Below, piece by piece: positions 36,796 through 47,252 of a DNA stretch of 64,000 bases (its first letter is position 1; every line of letters starts with the position of its first letter). The stretch lies in NCBI GenBank assembly GCA_017519865.1, contig JAFWRQ010000037.1:17460-81459 (forward strand), written 5' to 3'. The DNA comes from Bacteroidales bacterium (GTDB lineage Bacteria; Bacteroidota; Bacteroidia; Bacteroidales; UBA932). The translations under genes and the position numbers were made by a program. Below the pieces are notes generated by a model. That model was not told where the DNA came from. It searched no databases and saw nothing but the letters and a program-made list of their open reading frames with translations.

Positions 36796-39561
36796 ATGGA
36801 TTACGATTTCAAGTCAATCGAAAGCAAGTGGCAGGCCTGGTGGGCCGCAAACAAGACGTTCAAGACCTCGCTGGACCCCTCCAAACCGAAATACTATGTC
36901 CTCGACATGTTCCCTTATCCTTCCGGAGCGGGACTGCACGTCGGACATCCGCTGGGCTATATCGCCAGTGATATCTTCTCACGCTACAAACGTCTGACCG
37001 GCTACAATGTCCTCCACCCGATGGGATATGACGCCTTCGGCCTGCCGGCCGAGCAGTACGCCATCCAGACCGGTCAGCATCCCGAGAAGACCACGACCGA
37101 AAACATCAACCGCTATCGCAGCCAGCTCGACCGCATAGGCTTCTCGTATGACTGGGACCGTGAGGTCCGCACCTGCGACCCCGCTTTCTACAAGTGGACC
37201 CAGTGGACTTTCCTGAAGATGTTCGGCAGTTGGTATGACAACGCCCTGCAGAAAGCCCGTCCGATCGAGGAACTGGAGGCATGCTTCGCGGCAAAGGGCT
37301 CCGCAGGAGCGGACGCCGCCTGCTCGCGGGATTTGGAGTTCTCGGCTCAGGAATGGAATGCCATGTCCGAAAAGGAGAAATCCGACACTTTGATGAACTA
37401 CCGCATCGCTTACCAGGGCGAGACTTCGGTCAACTGGTGCGAAGGCCTGGGCACGGTCCTGGCCAACGATGAGGTCAAGGACGGCCTGTCCGTGCGCGGC
37501 GGCTTCCCCGTGGAGCAGAAGAAGATGACGCAGTGGCAACTGCGCGTGTCGGCCTATGCCGGCCGTCTCCTCGACAGCCTCGAAAAACTGGCCTGGACGG
37601 ACTCCCTCAAGGAAATGCAGCGCAACTGGATCGGCAAGTCCGAAGGTACCGAGGTGGTGTTCGACACCATCAACGGTGAAAAGCATCTTCCTGTCATTAT
37701 CTTCACAACGCGCGTGGATACCATCTACGGCGCAACGTTCATGGTGCTCGCTCCTGAAAGCGAACTCGTGGACGAACTCACTTCGCCTGCTCAGGCAGAG
37801 GCTGTCGCCGAATATGTCAAGCAGGTCAAGAAGAAGACGGAGCGCGAGCGTATCGCCGAGACCAAGACTGTAACCGGCGTATTCTCGGGATCGTACGGCA
37901 TCAACCCCATCACCGGGGAACGTATCCCTATCTGGATCTCCGAATACGTGCTTGCCGGATACGGTACCGGCGCCATCATGGCCGTCCCCGCGCACGACAG
38001 CCGCGACTACGTCTTCGCCAAGACCTTCAACCTCCCCATCATCCCCATCATCGAGGGCTGCGACGTGAGCGAGCAGAGTTTCGATGCAAAGGAAGGCCGT
38101 ATGTGCAACTCCGGTTTCCTCGACGGACTCGAGGTCAAGGAGGCTATCGAACGCGCAAAGGACTATTTCGAGGAGAAAGGCATGGGCCGCCGCAAGACCA
38201 ACTATCGCCTGCGCGACGCCATCTTCTCGCGCCAGCGCTATTGGGGCGAGCCTTTCCCCATCTATTACAAGGACGGCATCCCGACTCCGCTCCCGGAGTC
38301 CGAACTGCCTCTCGAACTGCCTGAGATAGAGTCGTTCAAGCCCGCTGCGAATGGCGAACCACCGCTCTCGAGGGCCAAGGACTGGACGTATAACGGATAT
38401 CCTCTGGAGAAGAGTACCATGCCCGGCTTCGCCGGCTCCAGCGCGTATTATCTCCGGTATATGGATCCTCATAACGGCGATGCCCTCGTGGACAAGGCCG
38501 TCGACGAGTACTGGCGCGACGTCGACCTCTACATCGGAGGCACCGAGCACGCTACCGGTCACCTCATCTATTCCCGTTTCTGGAACAAGTTCCTCTACGA
38601 CCTCGGCTACGTCTGCGAGGATGAGCCTTTCAAGAAACTCGTCAACCAGGGAATGATCCAGGGACGGTCCAACTTCGTCTACCGTATCGTCGGCACCAAC
38701 ACCTTCGTCTCGCTCGGCCTCAAGGACAAGTATGAGACCACCGAGATCCACGTCGACGTCAACATAGTCTACAACGACAGGCTCGACGTCGCTGCATTCA
38801 AGGCATGGCGTCCGGAGTATGCCGATGCCGAGTTCATCCTCGAGGACGGCGAGTACATCTGCGGTTGGGCCATCGAGAAGATGAGCAAGTCCATGTTCAA
38901 CGTGGTCAACCCCGATCTCGTATGTGACACGTACGGTGCCGATACCCTGCGCCTGTACGAGATGTTCCTCGGCCCCCTTGAGCAGTCCAAGCCCTGGGAT
39001 ACCAAGGGCATAGACGGAGTCAACCGTTTCCTCAAGAAGTTCTGGAGGATGTTCTACGACCGTGACAACTGGCTCGTCACCGACGAGGCCCCGACGCCGG
39101 CCGAACTCAAGGCCCTTCACCGCCTCATCGGCAAGGAGAAGGCCGACATAGAGACTTTCTCGTTCAATACTACCATCAGCGCGTTCATGATCGCCCTCAA
39201 TGAACTTTCGGCGCTCAAGTGCAGCAAGCGTGCGGTTCTCGAGCCGCTCGTCATCCTGCTCTCGCCCTTCGCTCCGCATATCTCCGAGGAGCTTTGGCAC
39301 GCACTCGGACATGAGGACAGCGTCACATACGCCTCCTTCCCGGAATATGTCGAGGCCTATACAGTCGAGGACAGTTGCACGTATGCCGTGTCGTTCAACG
39401 GCAAGACCCGCTTCACCGTCGACCTCCCCAAGTCGGCGGGCAAGGACGAAGTGGAGGCCGAAGTGCGTTCAATGGAGCAGACCGCAAAGTATACGGACGG
39501 ACATGACATCGTCAAAGTAATCGTGGTCCCTGGAAAGATCGTGAACATCGTGATCAAGTGA
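36796..39561 (+). CDS. leuS: Leucine--tRNA ligase
   Basis: [14 protein letters not shown], editing-domain [24 protein letters not shown]. Confidence 0.97.
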   Translation: MDYDFKSIESKWQAWWAANKTFKTSLDPSKPKYYVLDMFPYPSGAGLHVGHPLGYIASDIFSRYKRLTGYNVLHPMGYDAFGLPAEQYAIQTGQHPEKTTTENINRYRSQLDRIGFSYDWDREVRTCDPAFYKWTQWTFLKMFGSWYDNALQKARPIEELEACFAAKGSAGADAACSRDLEFSAQEWNAMSEKEKSDTLMNYRIAYQGETSVNWCEGLGTVLANDEVKDGLSVRGGFPVEQKKMTQWQLRVSAYAGRLLDSLEKLAWTDSLKEMQRNWIGKSEGTEVVFDTINGEKHLPVIIFTTRVDTIYGATFMVLAPESELVDELTSPAQAEAVAEYVKQVKKKTERERIAETKTVTGVFSGSYGINPITGERIPIWISEYVLAGYGTGAIMAVPAHDSRDYVFAKTFNLPIIPIIEGCDVSEQSFDAKEGRMCNSGFLDGLEVKEAIERAKDYFEEKGMGRRKTNYRLRDAIFSRQRYWGEPFPIYYKDGIPTPLPESELPLELPEIESFKPAANGEPPLSRAKDWTYNGYPLEKSTMPGFAGSSAYYLRYMDPHNGDALVDKAVDEYWRDVDLYIGGTEHATGHLIYSRFWNKFLYDLGYVCEDEPFKKLVNQGMIQGRSNFVYRIVGTNTFVSLGLKDKYETTEIHVDVNIVYNDRLDVAAFKAWRPEYADAEFILEDGEYICGWAIEKMSKSMFNVVNPDLVCDTYGADTLRLYEMFLGPLEQSKPWDTKGIDGVNRFLKKFWRMFYDRDNWLVTDEAPTPAELKALHRLIGKEKADIETFSFNTTISAFMIALNELSALKCSKRAVLEPLVILLSPFAPHISEELWHALGHEDSVTYASFPEYVEAYTVEDSCTYAVSFNGKTRFTVDLPKSAGKDEVEAEVRSMEQTAKYTDGHDIVKVIVVPGKIVNIVIK

Positions 39562-39566
39562 TTGTG

Positions 39567-40499
39567 ATGGAAACCGAAAGGAAAAAATACTATCTTGTCA
39601 ACGACTTCATCATCCTGACCATCGCGTGTTTCATCTTCGCGATGGCCTGGGAGGGTTTCATGATCCCGAACGGCATGTCGGCCGGAGGTATGATGGGTCT
39701 CTGTACGGTCGTGCAGTATGCCACCGGTGGCCTCATCCCGGCCCAGTATTCCTATTTCGCCATCAATGTCATCCTGATCGTCGTGGCGGTCATAGCGATG
39801 GGTATAGGATTCGGGTTCAAGACCATATATTGCATAGTCGTTTCTTCGCTTGCTATGGAGGTGATCGCCTCCGTCCCTGAGATCCATTCCGTCATGGGGC
39901 AGTTCTTCTATGTGCGCGAGACGCTTCTCATACCCATCATAGCCGGCCTTCTGGAGGCCGTCGGCCTCGGCCTCGTCCTCAGATACGGCGCGAGCACGGG
40001 AGGCACTGACATAGTGGCGCTTATGGTCAATAAGTATTGGCCGGTCACACTCAGCAAGGTTTTCCTGATCTCGGACATCGTCATCGTAGCGCTGCTGCTG
40101 TTCCTCCCTGACAAGTCATTCACCGACATGGTGTATGGTCTTGTGGAGATCATAACATTCTCGGCACTGATCGACTACGTCGTCGGCGGTAACAAGTCCT
40201 CTTACCAGTTGCTTGTATTCTCGGACCACTATGCCGACATCGCCGACCATATCATAAACAATATGGACCGCGGCGTTACCGTGCTCAGCGCGCAGGGCTG
40301 GTATACCAAGAAGGAAAAGAACGTCCTCCTGATCCTCATCAACCGCAAGCAACTTCCTTCCCTGACCAAAGTCATAAAGGAGGTCGACCCGCGTGCGTTC
40401 ATGTCGGTGTCCTCCACGAACAACGTATATGGCGAGGGCTTCGAAGAGATCAAGACTGGCATTAAACGGAAAAACAAATCAGAAAACAATGCCTCTTAA
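39567..40499 (+). CDS. YitT-family membrane protein
   Basis: Multiple TM helices, ASTGGTDI, RGVT.L...GWYT, DP.AF, VYGEGF. Confidence 0.85.
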   Translation: METERKKYYLVNDFIILTIACFIFAMAWEGFMIPNGMSAGGMMGLCTVVQYATGGLIPAQYSYFAINVILIVVAVIAMGIGFGFKTIYCIVVSSLAMEVIASVPEIHSVMGQFFYVRETLLIPIIAGLLEAVGLGLVLRYGASTGGTDIVALMVNKYWPVTLSKVFLISDIVIVALLLFLPDKSFTDMVYGLVEIITFSALIDYVVGGNKSSYQLLVFSDHYADIADHIINNMDRGVTVLSAQGWYTKKEKNVLLILINRKQLPSLTKVIKEVDPRAFMSVSSTNNVYGEGFEEIKTGIKRKNKSENNAS

Positions 40500-41445
40500 A
40501 GAAAAGACATTCCTTAATCATGTCAAGGATTATGCGCTCCTTGTCCTGGGCCTTCTGCTCTATGTGCTTGGATGGACGGTATTCCTCGTGCCCAACAACC
40601 TCGTAGGAGGCGGGGTTACGGGCGTGGCTTCCATCATCCAGTATGCCACGCATGGCTTCATTAAAATCGGTTACACCTATTTTACAGTCAATATCATCCT
40701 TCTCGTCATAGCCCTTTTTACTCTTGGCAAGGGCTTCGGCAGCAAGACCGTCGTGGCCATCATCCTCGCATCGCTGGGGCTTAACCTTTTCCAGACCCTG
40801 ATTCCGGCGGAGATCTGCCAGACCCTGGCCGTGGAGAACGGCAAACTCATGAGCGTGATCATGGGAGGCATATTGGTCGGAGTAGGCATCGGCCTGACAA
40901 TGTCGGCGGGCGGCAGCACCGGCGGCACCGATATCATCGCGTTGATAGTGAATAAGTACAGGGGCGTATCGCCCGGCAGGATGATCCTCGGCATGGACCT
41001 GGTCATCATCCTTTCCTCGCTCTTCGTACCCTCATATACGGCAGACGGCGCGCTGATACCTTTCACCGAGAAGATAGTCACCGTAGTATACGGTCTTATA
41101 CTCATTACGGTCTGCAGTTCCGTCCTGGATCTGTACCTCGCCGGTTCCAAGCAGTCCGTGCAGCTCTTCATACTGTCGCAAAAGTACGAGGAGATAGCAG
41201 ATGCCATTGCCAAGGACCTGCACCGTGGGGTGACAGTGTTGGACGGACAGGGATGGTATACCAAGCAGTCGACACATGTCTTGATGGTCCTTACCCGCAA
41301 GGCCGACCTCAACATCATGCTGCGTTACATCAAGTCCATAGACCCGGATGCATTCCTGTCGGTCTCCACCGTGACGGGAGTTTACGGCAGGGGTTTCGAG
41401 TCCATCCATATCCGACATTCGTCCAAGAACATCGGAAAAGCATAA
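40489..41445 (+). CDS. YitT-family membrane protein (tandem paralogue)
   Basis: GGGVTG, GSTGGTDI, RGVTVLDGQGWYT, DPDAF, VYGRGF. Confidence 0.85.
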   Translation: MPLKEKTFLNHVKDYALLVLGLLLYVLGWTVFLVPNNLVGGGVTGVASIIQYATHGFIKIGYTYFTVNIILLVIALFTLGKGFGSKTVVAIILASLGLNLFQTLIPAEICQTLAVENGKLMSVIMGGILVGVGIGLTMSAGGSTGGTDIIALIVNKYRGVSPGRMILGMDLVIILSSLFVPSYTADGALIPFTEKIVTVVYGLILITVCSSVLDLYLAGSKQSVQLFILSQKYEEIADAIAKDLHRGVTVLDGQGWYTKQSTHVLMVLTRKADLNIMLRYIKSIDPDAFLSVSTVTGVYGRGFESIHIRHSSKNIGKA

Positions 41446-41474
41446 AAAAAGATATATTTCGTCTTAATACCCCC

Positions 41475-41505
41475 CTCTTCGCGTCGAACGCGAAGAGTTT
41501 TTTTT
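41475..41505 (+). terminator. Rho-independent terminator after the leuS-yitT operon
   Basis: ctcttcgcgt-cga-acgcgaagag followed by T8. Confidence 0.85.
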
Positions 41506-41540
41506 AATATTTGGGGGAGTGTTCCTATTGGTGATGGTTT

Positions 41541-42626
41541 ATGGAGAAAGTGTTCGTCTATGGATTTCCCGGATTCTTCGTTTCTCTCTGGCTGTTTGTC
41601 GGGCTGCGGGGGAAGGGGAGCCCGGGCTTGGGAGCGTGGATGCTCCAACTTGTCCCGGCCGTGCTCGTGGAAGGCATAATACTGTTGGACGAATACATGT
41701 CCGCGGGTGGGATACCTGCGCCCCTCCTTGCCGCCGACCTTCTGTTCCTGGATGCGGTGGTCCTGCAGATGACCGGGTTTCAGCCGGGTACGCGGGTATT
41801 TACGGCCGTAACGGTTATCCTTGCATCGGCAGGATTGGCTCGGAGCGTGATCGAACTGACAGGGCAGACGGTACCTCTGGGCTCGGTGACTTTCATGACG
41901 TTGTGTTCGTCCATGCTTCTGCTGTATACCGTACTGTCGTATGTGTACATCCTGTTCAACACGGAACGTACCCGGAACCTTGCCTCAGATTGCCATACAA
42001 TACACGAGGGAAGGTCGATATGCGCCCTGGGGCTCGCCCTTGCCGGTATCGTCATCCTCGTCGCGTGCCCGTATGACGATGTGCTGTCACGCATCGTATC
42101 ACTCCTTGTCTCGCTGCTTCTGGTGATGTTATACATGTACCTGCAGGTCCGCGCCTCCCTCGGCCCCGCCGCCCTGAAGGCTATGTCATTTCCGACAAAG
42201 GGAGCGCCCGGCCATCAAAGGACTGAGCCTGAGCGCGTCATGGACGAGTCGAAGCGTATCGACATACTCTTCGAGAGGGTGGAGGAGTATATGCAGAAGG
42301 AGAAGCCTTACCTGGACGACATGTTCTCCCTGTCGGGACTTGCGATGGAGATGATGACCAACAAATCAATGCTGTCCAAGACAATTAACGAGAAAGCCGG
42401 GAAGAACTTCTGCCAGTATGTCAACTCCTACAGGATCAAGCATGCCGTAGCGCTCATCAAACGCGACAGGAGACTGAAGGTCGGGGAACTTTCCCTGATG
42501 TCGGGGTTCCATACGGTCGCCTCGTTCAACATGGCCTTCAAACTGTTCATGAACGACACTCCTAGCGAGTATATGCGCACACTGTATTCGGAAGGTCTGG
42601 CCAGGAAGAGGGCAGGGGAGCAGTGA
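41541..42626 (+). CDS. Membrane-anchored AraC-family transcriptional regulator
   Basis: About seven hydrophobic segments then KPYLD..FSL..LA, LSKTIN, NFCQYVNSYRI, SGF....SFN.AFK, TPSEY. Confidence 0.85.
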   Translation: MEKVFVYGFPGFFVSLWLFVGLRGKGSPGLGAWMLQLVPAVLVEGIILLDEYMSAGGIPAPLLAADLLFLDAVVLQMTGFQPGTRVFTAVTVILASAGLARSVIELTGQTVPLGSVTFMTLCSSMLLLYTVLSYVYILFNTERTRNLASDCHTIHEGRSICALGLALAGIVILVACPYDDVLSRIVSLLVSLLLVMLYMYLQVRASLGPAALKAMSFPTKGAPGHQRTEPERVMDESKRIDILFERVEEYMQKEKPYLDDMFSLSGLAMEMMTNKSMLSKTINEKAGKNFCQYVNSYRIKHAVALIKRDRRLKVGELSLMSGFHTVASFNMAFKLFMNDTPSEYMRTLYSEGLARKRAGEQ

Positions 42627-43296
42627 TATCCACCGTCGTGCCCTTGACGGGATGGATGAATTGTATGTGTCTGGAGTGTAATGAGATACCTCCGTCTGGG
42701 TTGGAGCGCGGAGCGCCGTATTTGAGGTCTCCCTTGATGACGCAGCCCATCCCGGCGAGCTGGCAGCGGATCTGGTGATGCCTGCCGGTAAGCAGTTCTA
42801 CCTCGAGCAGGTGATACCGCTCCGTGTGGCAAAGATAGCGGTAACGGAGCCTTGCCGGTTTCGCGTCGCGGTTCTTCGCCCCGGTCTTGGCGATGAAAGT
42901 CTTGTTGAGCTTTTCGTTGCGGACGAGCCAGTCTTCCAACTCCGCTTCGGGAACCGCCGGCGCACTGCAGCAGAGCGCCCAGTATGTCTTGTGCACTGAG
43001 CCTTCCCGGAACAGTGCCGTCATGCGTTCCAGGGCCTTGGAGGTCTTGGCGAAGACCACTATGCCGCTCACGGGCCTGTCCAGGCGGTGCGGTATGCCCA
43101 TGAATACCTGTCCGGGCTTGCCGTCACGCTGCGCGACGAAGGCCTTGAGGGTCTCCGCCAGGCATTCGTCGCCTGTCCTGTCGCCTTGCACGATTTCGCC
43201 CGCCCTCTTATTCACGATGAGCAGATGGTTGTCTTCGTACAGGATTCTGTCCTCCAGGTCCCTGTACTCGTCCTCATTCAACGTCCTGTAGTACAT
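42562..43296 (-). CDS. RluA-family RNA pseudouridine synthase
   Basis: LYEDNHLLIVNK, HRLDRPVSG, TGRHHQIR, GDLKYG; TATCTTTG on minus at 43316-43323. Confidence 0.9.
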   Translation of the reverse strand: MYYRTLNEDEYRDLEDRILYEDNHLLIVNKRAGEIVQGDRTGDECLAETLKAFVAQRDGKPGQVFMGIPHRLDRPVSGIVVFAKTSKALERMTALFREGSVHKTYWALCCSAPAVPEAELEDWLVRNEKLNKTFIAKTGAKNRDAKPARLRYRYLCHTERYHLLEVELLTGRHHQIRCQLAGMGCVIKGDLKYGAPRSNPDGGISLHSRHIQFIHPVKGTTVDITAPLPSSWPDLPNTVCAYTR

Positions 43297-43332
43297 TTGT
43301 GCGCGTTTTCTGCCACAAAGATAGGAATAATT

Positions 43333-43372
43333 CTGCCAATTTGTCAGCGGAAATGAATGGCACAGGATTAGA
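43333..43372 (+). promoter_or_regulatory. Candidate sigma54-like promoter with upstream palindromic operator for dnaK
   Basis: CTGCCA-ATT-TGTCAG at 43333-43347; TGGCACAGGATTAGA at 43358-43372; no TAnnTTTG seen upstream of dnaK. Confidence 0.45.
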
Positions 43373-43439
43373 TAGGACAATACGGTGTCGCGGATGAAGT
43401 ATCCGCCACGGAAAAGATAACGAATAAACAGACATAGTT

Positions 43440-45338
43440 ATGGGAAAAATTATCGGAATCGACCTCGGAACCACCAATTCGTGCGTTTCGGTCATGGAAG
43501 GCAACCAGCCTACCGTCATCATCAACAACGAAGGTGAGCGCACCACTCCTTCGGTGGTGGCTTTCACCGACGGCGGAGAGAGGAAAGTGGGCAACCCGGC
43601 CAAGCGCCAGGCCATCACCAACCCCGCCAACACCATCTATTCCATCAAGCGCTTCATGGGCGAAACCTTCGACCAGGTATCGACCGAAGTGAACCGCGTA
43701 CCTTACAAGGTCGTCAAGGGTGACAACAATACCCCGCGCGTAGACATCAACGGCCGTCTTTATACTCCTCAGGAGATTTCGGCCATCATCCTCCAGAAGA
43801 TGAAGAAGACCGCCGAGGACTACCTCCGTCAGGAAGTTACCGAGGCCGTCATCACAGTCCCCGCATACTTCTCCGACTCTCAGCGCCAAGCCACCAAGGA
43901 AGCCGGCAAGATCGCGGGTCTCGACGTCAAGCGCATCATCAACGAGCCTACCGCAGCCGCACTCGCATACGGCCTCGACAAGAAGGACAAGAACTCCAAG
44001 GTCGCAGTCTTCGACCTCGGCGGCGGAACCTTCGATATCTCCATCCTCGAGCTCGGTGACGGTGTCTTCGAGGTCATGTCCACCAACGGTGACACCCACC
44101 TCGGCGGCGACGACTTCGACCAGGTCGTAATCGACTGGCTTGCCCAGGAGTTCGCGAGCGACAACCATGGAATCGACCTCAAGAAGGACCCTATGGCCCT
44201 GCAGCGTCTCAAGGAAGCCGCCGAGAAAGCCAAGATCGAGCTCTCCAGCCAGACTTCCACCGAGATCAACCTGCCTTATATCATGCCTGTCGACGGCATT
44301 CCGAAGCACCTTGTCAAGACCCTGAGCCGCGCCAAGTTCGAAATGCTCTGCGACAGTCTGTTCCAGAAGACCATCGAGCCTTGCCGCAAGGCCCTTGCGG
44401 ACGCCCACCTCAGCGCATCCGACATTGACGAGGTCCTCCTCGTCGGCGGTTCCACCCGTATCCCCAAGATCCAGGAACTCGTGAAGAACTTCTTCGGCAA
44501 GGAGCCCAACAAGAGCGTCAATCCCGACGAGGTGGTCGCCATCGGCGCCTCCATCCAGGGCGGTGTCCTCACCGGTGACGTCAAGGATGTCCTCCTGCTC
44601 GACGTCACTCCGCTTTCCCTCGGCATCGAGACCCTGGGCGGCGTGATGACCAAGCTCATCGAGTCCAACACCACCATCCCGGTCAAGAAGTCCCAGGTCT
44701 TCTCCACCGCGGCTGACAACCAGCCTTCTGTCCAGGTCCGCGTCCTCCAGGGCGAGCGTCCGATGGCCCGCGACAACAAGCTCATCGGCGAGTTCAACCT
44801 CGACGGCATCGCTCCCGCACCGCGCGGCATCCCTCAGATCGAGGTGACCTTCAACATCGACGCCAACGGTATCCTCAACGTCTCCGCTACCGACAAGGCT
44901 ACTGGAAAGGCCCAGAACATCCGCATCGAGGCTTCCTCCGGTCTGAGCGACGCCGAGATCCAGAGGATGCGCGACGAGGCCAAGGCCAACGAAGCCGCCG
45001 ACAAGGCCGCGAAGGAGCGTGCAGACAAGATCAACAACGCCGACTCGCTCACCTTCCAGGCCGAGAAGTTCCTCAAGGAGAACGGCGACAAGGTTCCTGC
45101 CGACATCAAGGGCGAGGTGGAAAGCAATGTCAACCTCCTCAAGGAGGCCGTCAAGAACCAGAACCTCGACGACATCGACCGCTATTCCGAGGCTCTCAAC
45201 AAGGCCTTCGAGAGGATGTACCAGGCCAGCGCCGGTGCCCAGCAGGGCGGTCCCCAGGGACCGTTCCAGGGAGGCCCCCAGGGCCCTCAGTACGGCCCTC
45301 AGGGTCCTCAGGGTCCTGACACTCCGGACGAGCAGTAA
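43440..45338 (+). CDS. dnaK: Molecular chaperone DnaK (Hsp70)
   Basis: [52 protein letters not shown]. Confidence 0.97.
   Translation: MGKIIGIDLGTTNSCVSVMEGNQPTVIINNEGERTTPSVVAFTDGGERKVGNPAKRQAITNPANTIYSIKRFMGETFDQVSTEVNRVPYKVVKGDNNTPRVDINGRLYTPQEISAIILQKMKKTAEDYLRQEVTEAVITVPAYFSDSQRQATKEAGKIAGLDVKRIINEPTAAALAYGLDKKDKNSKVAVFDLGGGTFDISILELGDGVFEVMSTNGDTHLGGDDFDQVVIDWLAQEFASDNHGIDLKKDPMALQRLKEAAEKAKIELSSQTSTEINLPYIMPVDGIPKHLVKTLSRAKFEMLCDSLFQKTIEPCRKALADAHLSASDIDEVLLVGGSTRIPKIQELVKNFFGKEPNKSVNPDEVVAIGASIQGGVLTGDVKDVLLLDVTPLSLGIETLGGVMTKLIESNTTIPVKKSQVFSTAADNQPSVQVRVLQGERPMARDNKLIGEFNLDGIAPAPRGIPQIEVTFNIDANGILNVSATDKATGKAQNIRIEASSGLSDAEIQRMRDEAKANEAADKAAKERADKINNADSLTFQAEKFLKENGDKVPADIKGEVESNVNLLKEAVKNQNLDDIDRYSEALNKAFERMYQASAGAQQGGPQGPFQGGPQGPQYGPQGPQGPDTPDEQ
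45243..45317 (+). repeat. Imperfect tandem repeat encoding GPQ units in the DnaK tail
   Basis: Repeated cagggtcct/cagggccct-like 9-mers; [24 protein letters not shown]. Confidence 0.7.
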
Positions 45339-45348
45339 TATACATGAT

Positions 45349-45380
45349 GCGGACGGCTCGAACTGCCGTCCGCTTTTTTT
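45349..45380 (+). terminator. Rho-independent terminator after dnaK
   Basis: gcggacggc-tcgaact-gccgtccgc followed by T7. Confidence 0.85.
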
Positions 45381-45386
45381 ATCGTT

Positions 45387-47246
45387 ATGACAGTCAAGAA
45401 GAACTTTCCAGTAGTTGGCATGGGTTGCGCCGCCTGCGTTGCCCGCGTCGAGAATACGCTCAGGAAGCAGCCCGGCGTCAAGGACGTTTCAGTCAGTCTC
45501 GCCTCCAATATTGCCCAGGTCGAATACGACACTGCCGTCGTGTCGGCAGCCGACCTCAAGAAAGTTGTCGTGGACGGAGGTTATGACCTGATCGTCCCGG
45601 AAGAGGATGAAGAGGCCGGGCCGGAAGAACCGGACGCCGGAGATGCAAGTGCCCCAGACCTCGACGAAGAGGCGGAACGCATCCGCCAGCGTGAACTGAA
45701 ATCCCTGCGGATCGGTGCCATGGCGAGCATTTCAGCCGCCTTGGTCGTAATGCTTGTGTCCATGAACTTCAAGGACACTCCTTGGAGGGACGCATTGCTG
45801 GTCGTTCTCAGCGCTCCGGTCGTGTTCGGCTGTGGCAGGCGCTTCTTCAGGAACGCCTGGAAGCAGTTGAAGCACGGAAGTGCCGGGATGGACACCCTCG
45901 TGGCTCTGAGCGTCGGCATCTCCTGGATTTTCAGCCTTTTCAACGTGCTCTTTCCGTCTTTTTGGACTTCCAGGGGGCTGGAAGCGGGGCTGTATTTCGA
46001 GTCTTCCGTGATGATCACTGCTTTCGTACTACTCGGTCGCTGGCTGGAGGAAAGGGCTAAACACGGCACCACTGCTAGCCTCCGTGCGCTGAAGCAACTT
46101 CAACCGGAGGTGAAATGTGCCGTGGGCGATGTAATCCAGGTCGAGCCGGGATATCGCATTCCCGTAGACGGGATGGTTGTCTCCGGCGTGTCGCTTGTGG
46201 ACGAGAGCGCCCTGACAGGCGAGTCCGTCCCCGTCGAAAAGGCTGAAGGATCGAAGGTTTACGCCGGGACGACCAACGGCTCCGCAACACTGAAGGTGCA
46301 GGCGGAGAAGGTCGGCAACGGCACGCTTCTGGCGGGCATCGTCGACAAGGTGCGTGACGCGCAGGGCAGCAAGGCCCGCATACAGCGCACCGTCGACAGG
46401 GTAGCGGCGGTCTTCGTGCCGGTGATAGTAGGAATAGCCCTGTTGACTTTCCTTATCTGGACCTTTGCCGTCCCCGGAGGGGGAGTGGTCAAGGGCATCC
46501 TTGCAGCCGTCAACGTGCTGGTGATCGCCTGTCCCTGCTCACTCGGGCTCGCCACGCCTACGGCGATCATCGCCGGCATAGGCAACGCGGCGCAGAAGGG
46601 CATCCTCGTAAAGGATGCCGACGCGCTGCAGGTGGCCGGCGGCATCGACGCAGTCGTCCTGGACAAGACAGGCACCGTGACTGTAGGCTCGGCCGAGAAG
46701 TTCGACGCCGACTGGCGTGACGTCATCAAACCCACCTCGCGCGAGGCCGTGCAGACGATGAAGGAGATGGGACTTGCGGTCTATATGCTAACGGGTGACA
46801 AGGCGGATATCGCTGCGGACATAGCCCGCGAAGCCGGCATAGACAACGTCGTCTCGGAAGTCCTTCCGGACGAGAAGCATCATTTCGTGGAGAAACTCCA
46901 GGCGGAAGGCCGCAAGGTTGCAATGGTCGGCGACGGCATCAACGACAGCGCCGCCCTGGCGCTCGCGGACCTGAGCGTTGCAATGGGCCGCGGCAGCGAC
47001 ATCGCCATCGACACGGCGATGGCTACGGTCATTTCTTCCGACCTGCGGAAAGTGCCGAAGCTGGTACGGCTTTCAACAAGGACTTCAAGGATAATAAGGG
47101 AGAACCTTTTCTGGGCTTTCTTTTACAACGTCCTGGCAGTCCCGGCCGCGGCCCTCGGGCTCGTGAACCCGATGATAGCGGCTGCCTGCATGGCGCTGAG
47201 CAGCGTCTGCGTGGTTACCAACAGTTTGAGGTTGAGAAGGGGATGA
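45387..47246 (+). CDS. Heavy-metal (Cu-type) P1B ATPase, internally shortened (N-domain missing)
   Basis: HMA motif GMGCAAC, TGES, CPC, DKTGT, TGD, GDGIND, YN and MALSS; only 619 aa. Confidence 0.8.
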   Translation: MTVKKNFPVVGMGCAACVARVENTLRKQPGVKDVSVSLASNIAQVEYDTAVVSAADLKKVVVDGGYDLIVPEEDEEAGPEEPDAGDASAPDLDEEAERIRQRELKSLRIGAMASISAALVVMLVSMNFKDTPWRDALLVVLSAPVVFGCGRRFFRNAWKQLKHGSAGMDTLVALSVGISWIFSLFNVLFPSFWTSRGLEAGLYFESSVMITAFVLLGRWLEERAKHGTTASLRALKQLQPEVKCAVGDVIQVEPGYRIPVDGMVVSGVSLVDESALTGESVPVEKAEGSKVYAGTTNGSATLKVQAEKVGNGTLLAGIVDKVRDAQGSKARIQRTVDRVAAVFVPVIVGIALLTFLIWTFAVPGGGVVKGILAAVNVLVIACPCSLGLATPTAIIAGIGNAAQKGILVKDADALQVAGGIDAVVLDKTGTVTVGSAEKFDADWRDVIKPTSREAVQTMKEMGLAVYMLTGDKADIAADIAREAGIDNVVSEVLPDEKHHFVEKLQAEGRKVAMVGDGINDSAALALADLSVAMGRGSDIAIDTAMATVISSDLRKVPKLVRLSTRTSRIIRENLFWAFFYNVLAVPAAALGLVNPMIAAACMALSSVCVVTNSLRLRRG

Positions 47247-47252
47247 CTCTCC

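Noticed and set aside
36979-39312. Very long antisense ORFs (777 aa opposite leuS; similar ones opposite gyrA, rpsA, dnaK, argH and the ligase)
   Set aside because: Shadow frames produced by strong C/G third-position bias in well-conserved sense genes; they contain no recognisable motifs.
39567-41445. Tandem YitT paralogues after leuS as a novel system
   Set aside because: YitT genes are commonly multi-copy; nothing in the sequence links them functionally to leuS beyond co-transcription.
45243-45317. Tandem repeats as a CRISPR array or contingency locus
   Set aside because: They are in-frame 9-mers with no spacers, and there are no cas genes; they simply encode the DnaK tail.
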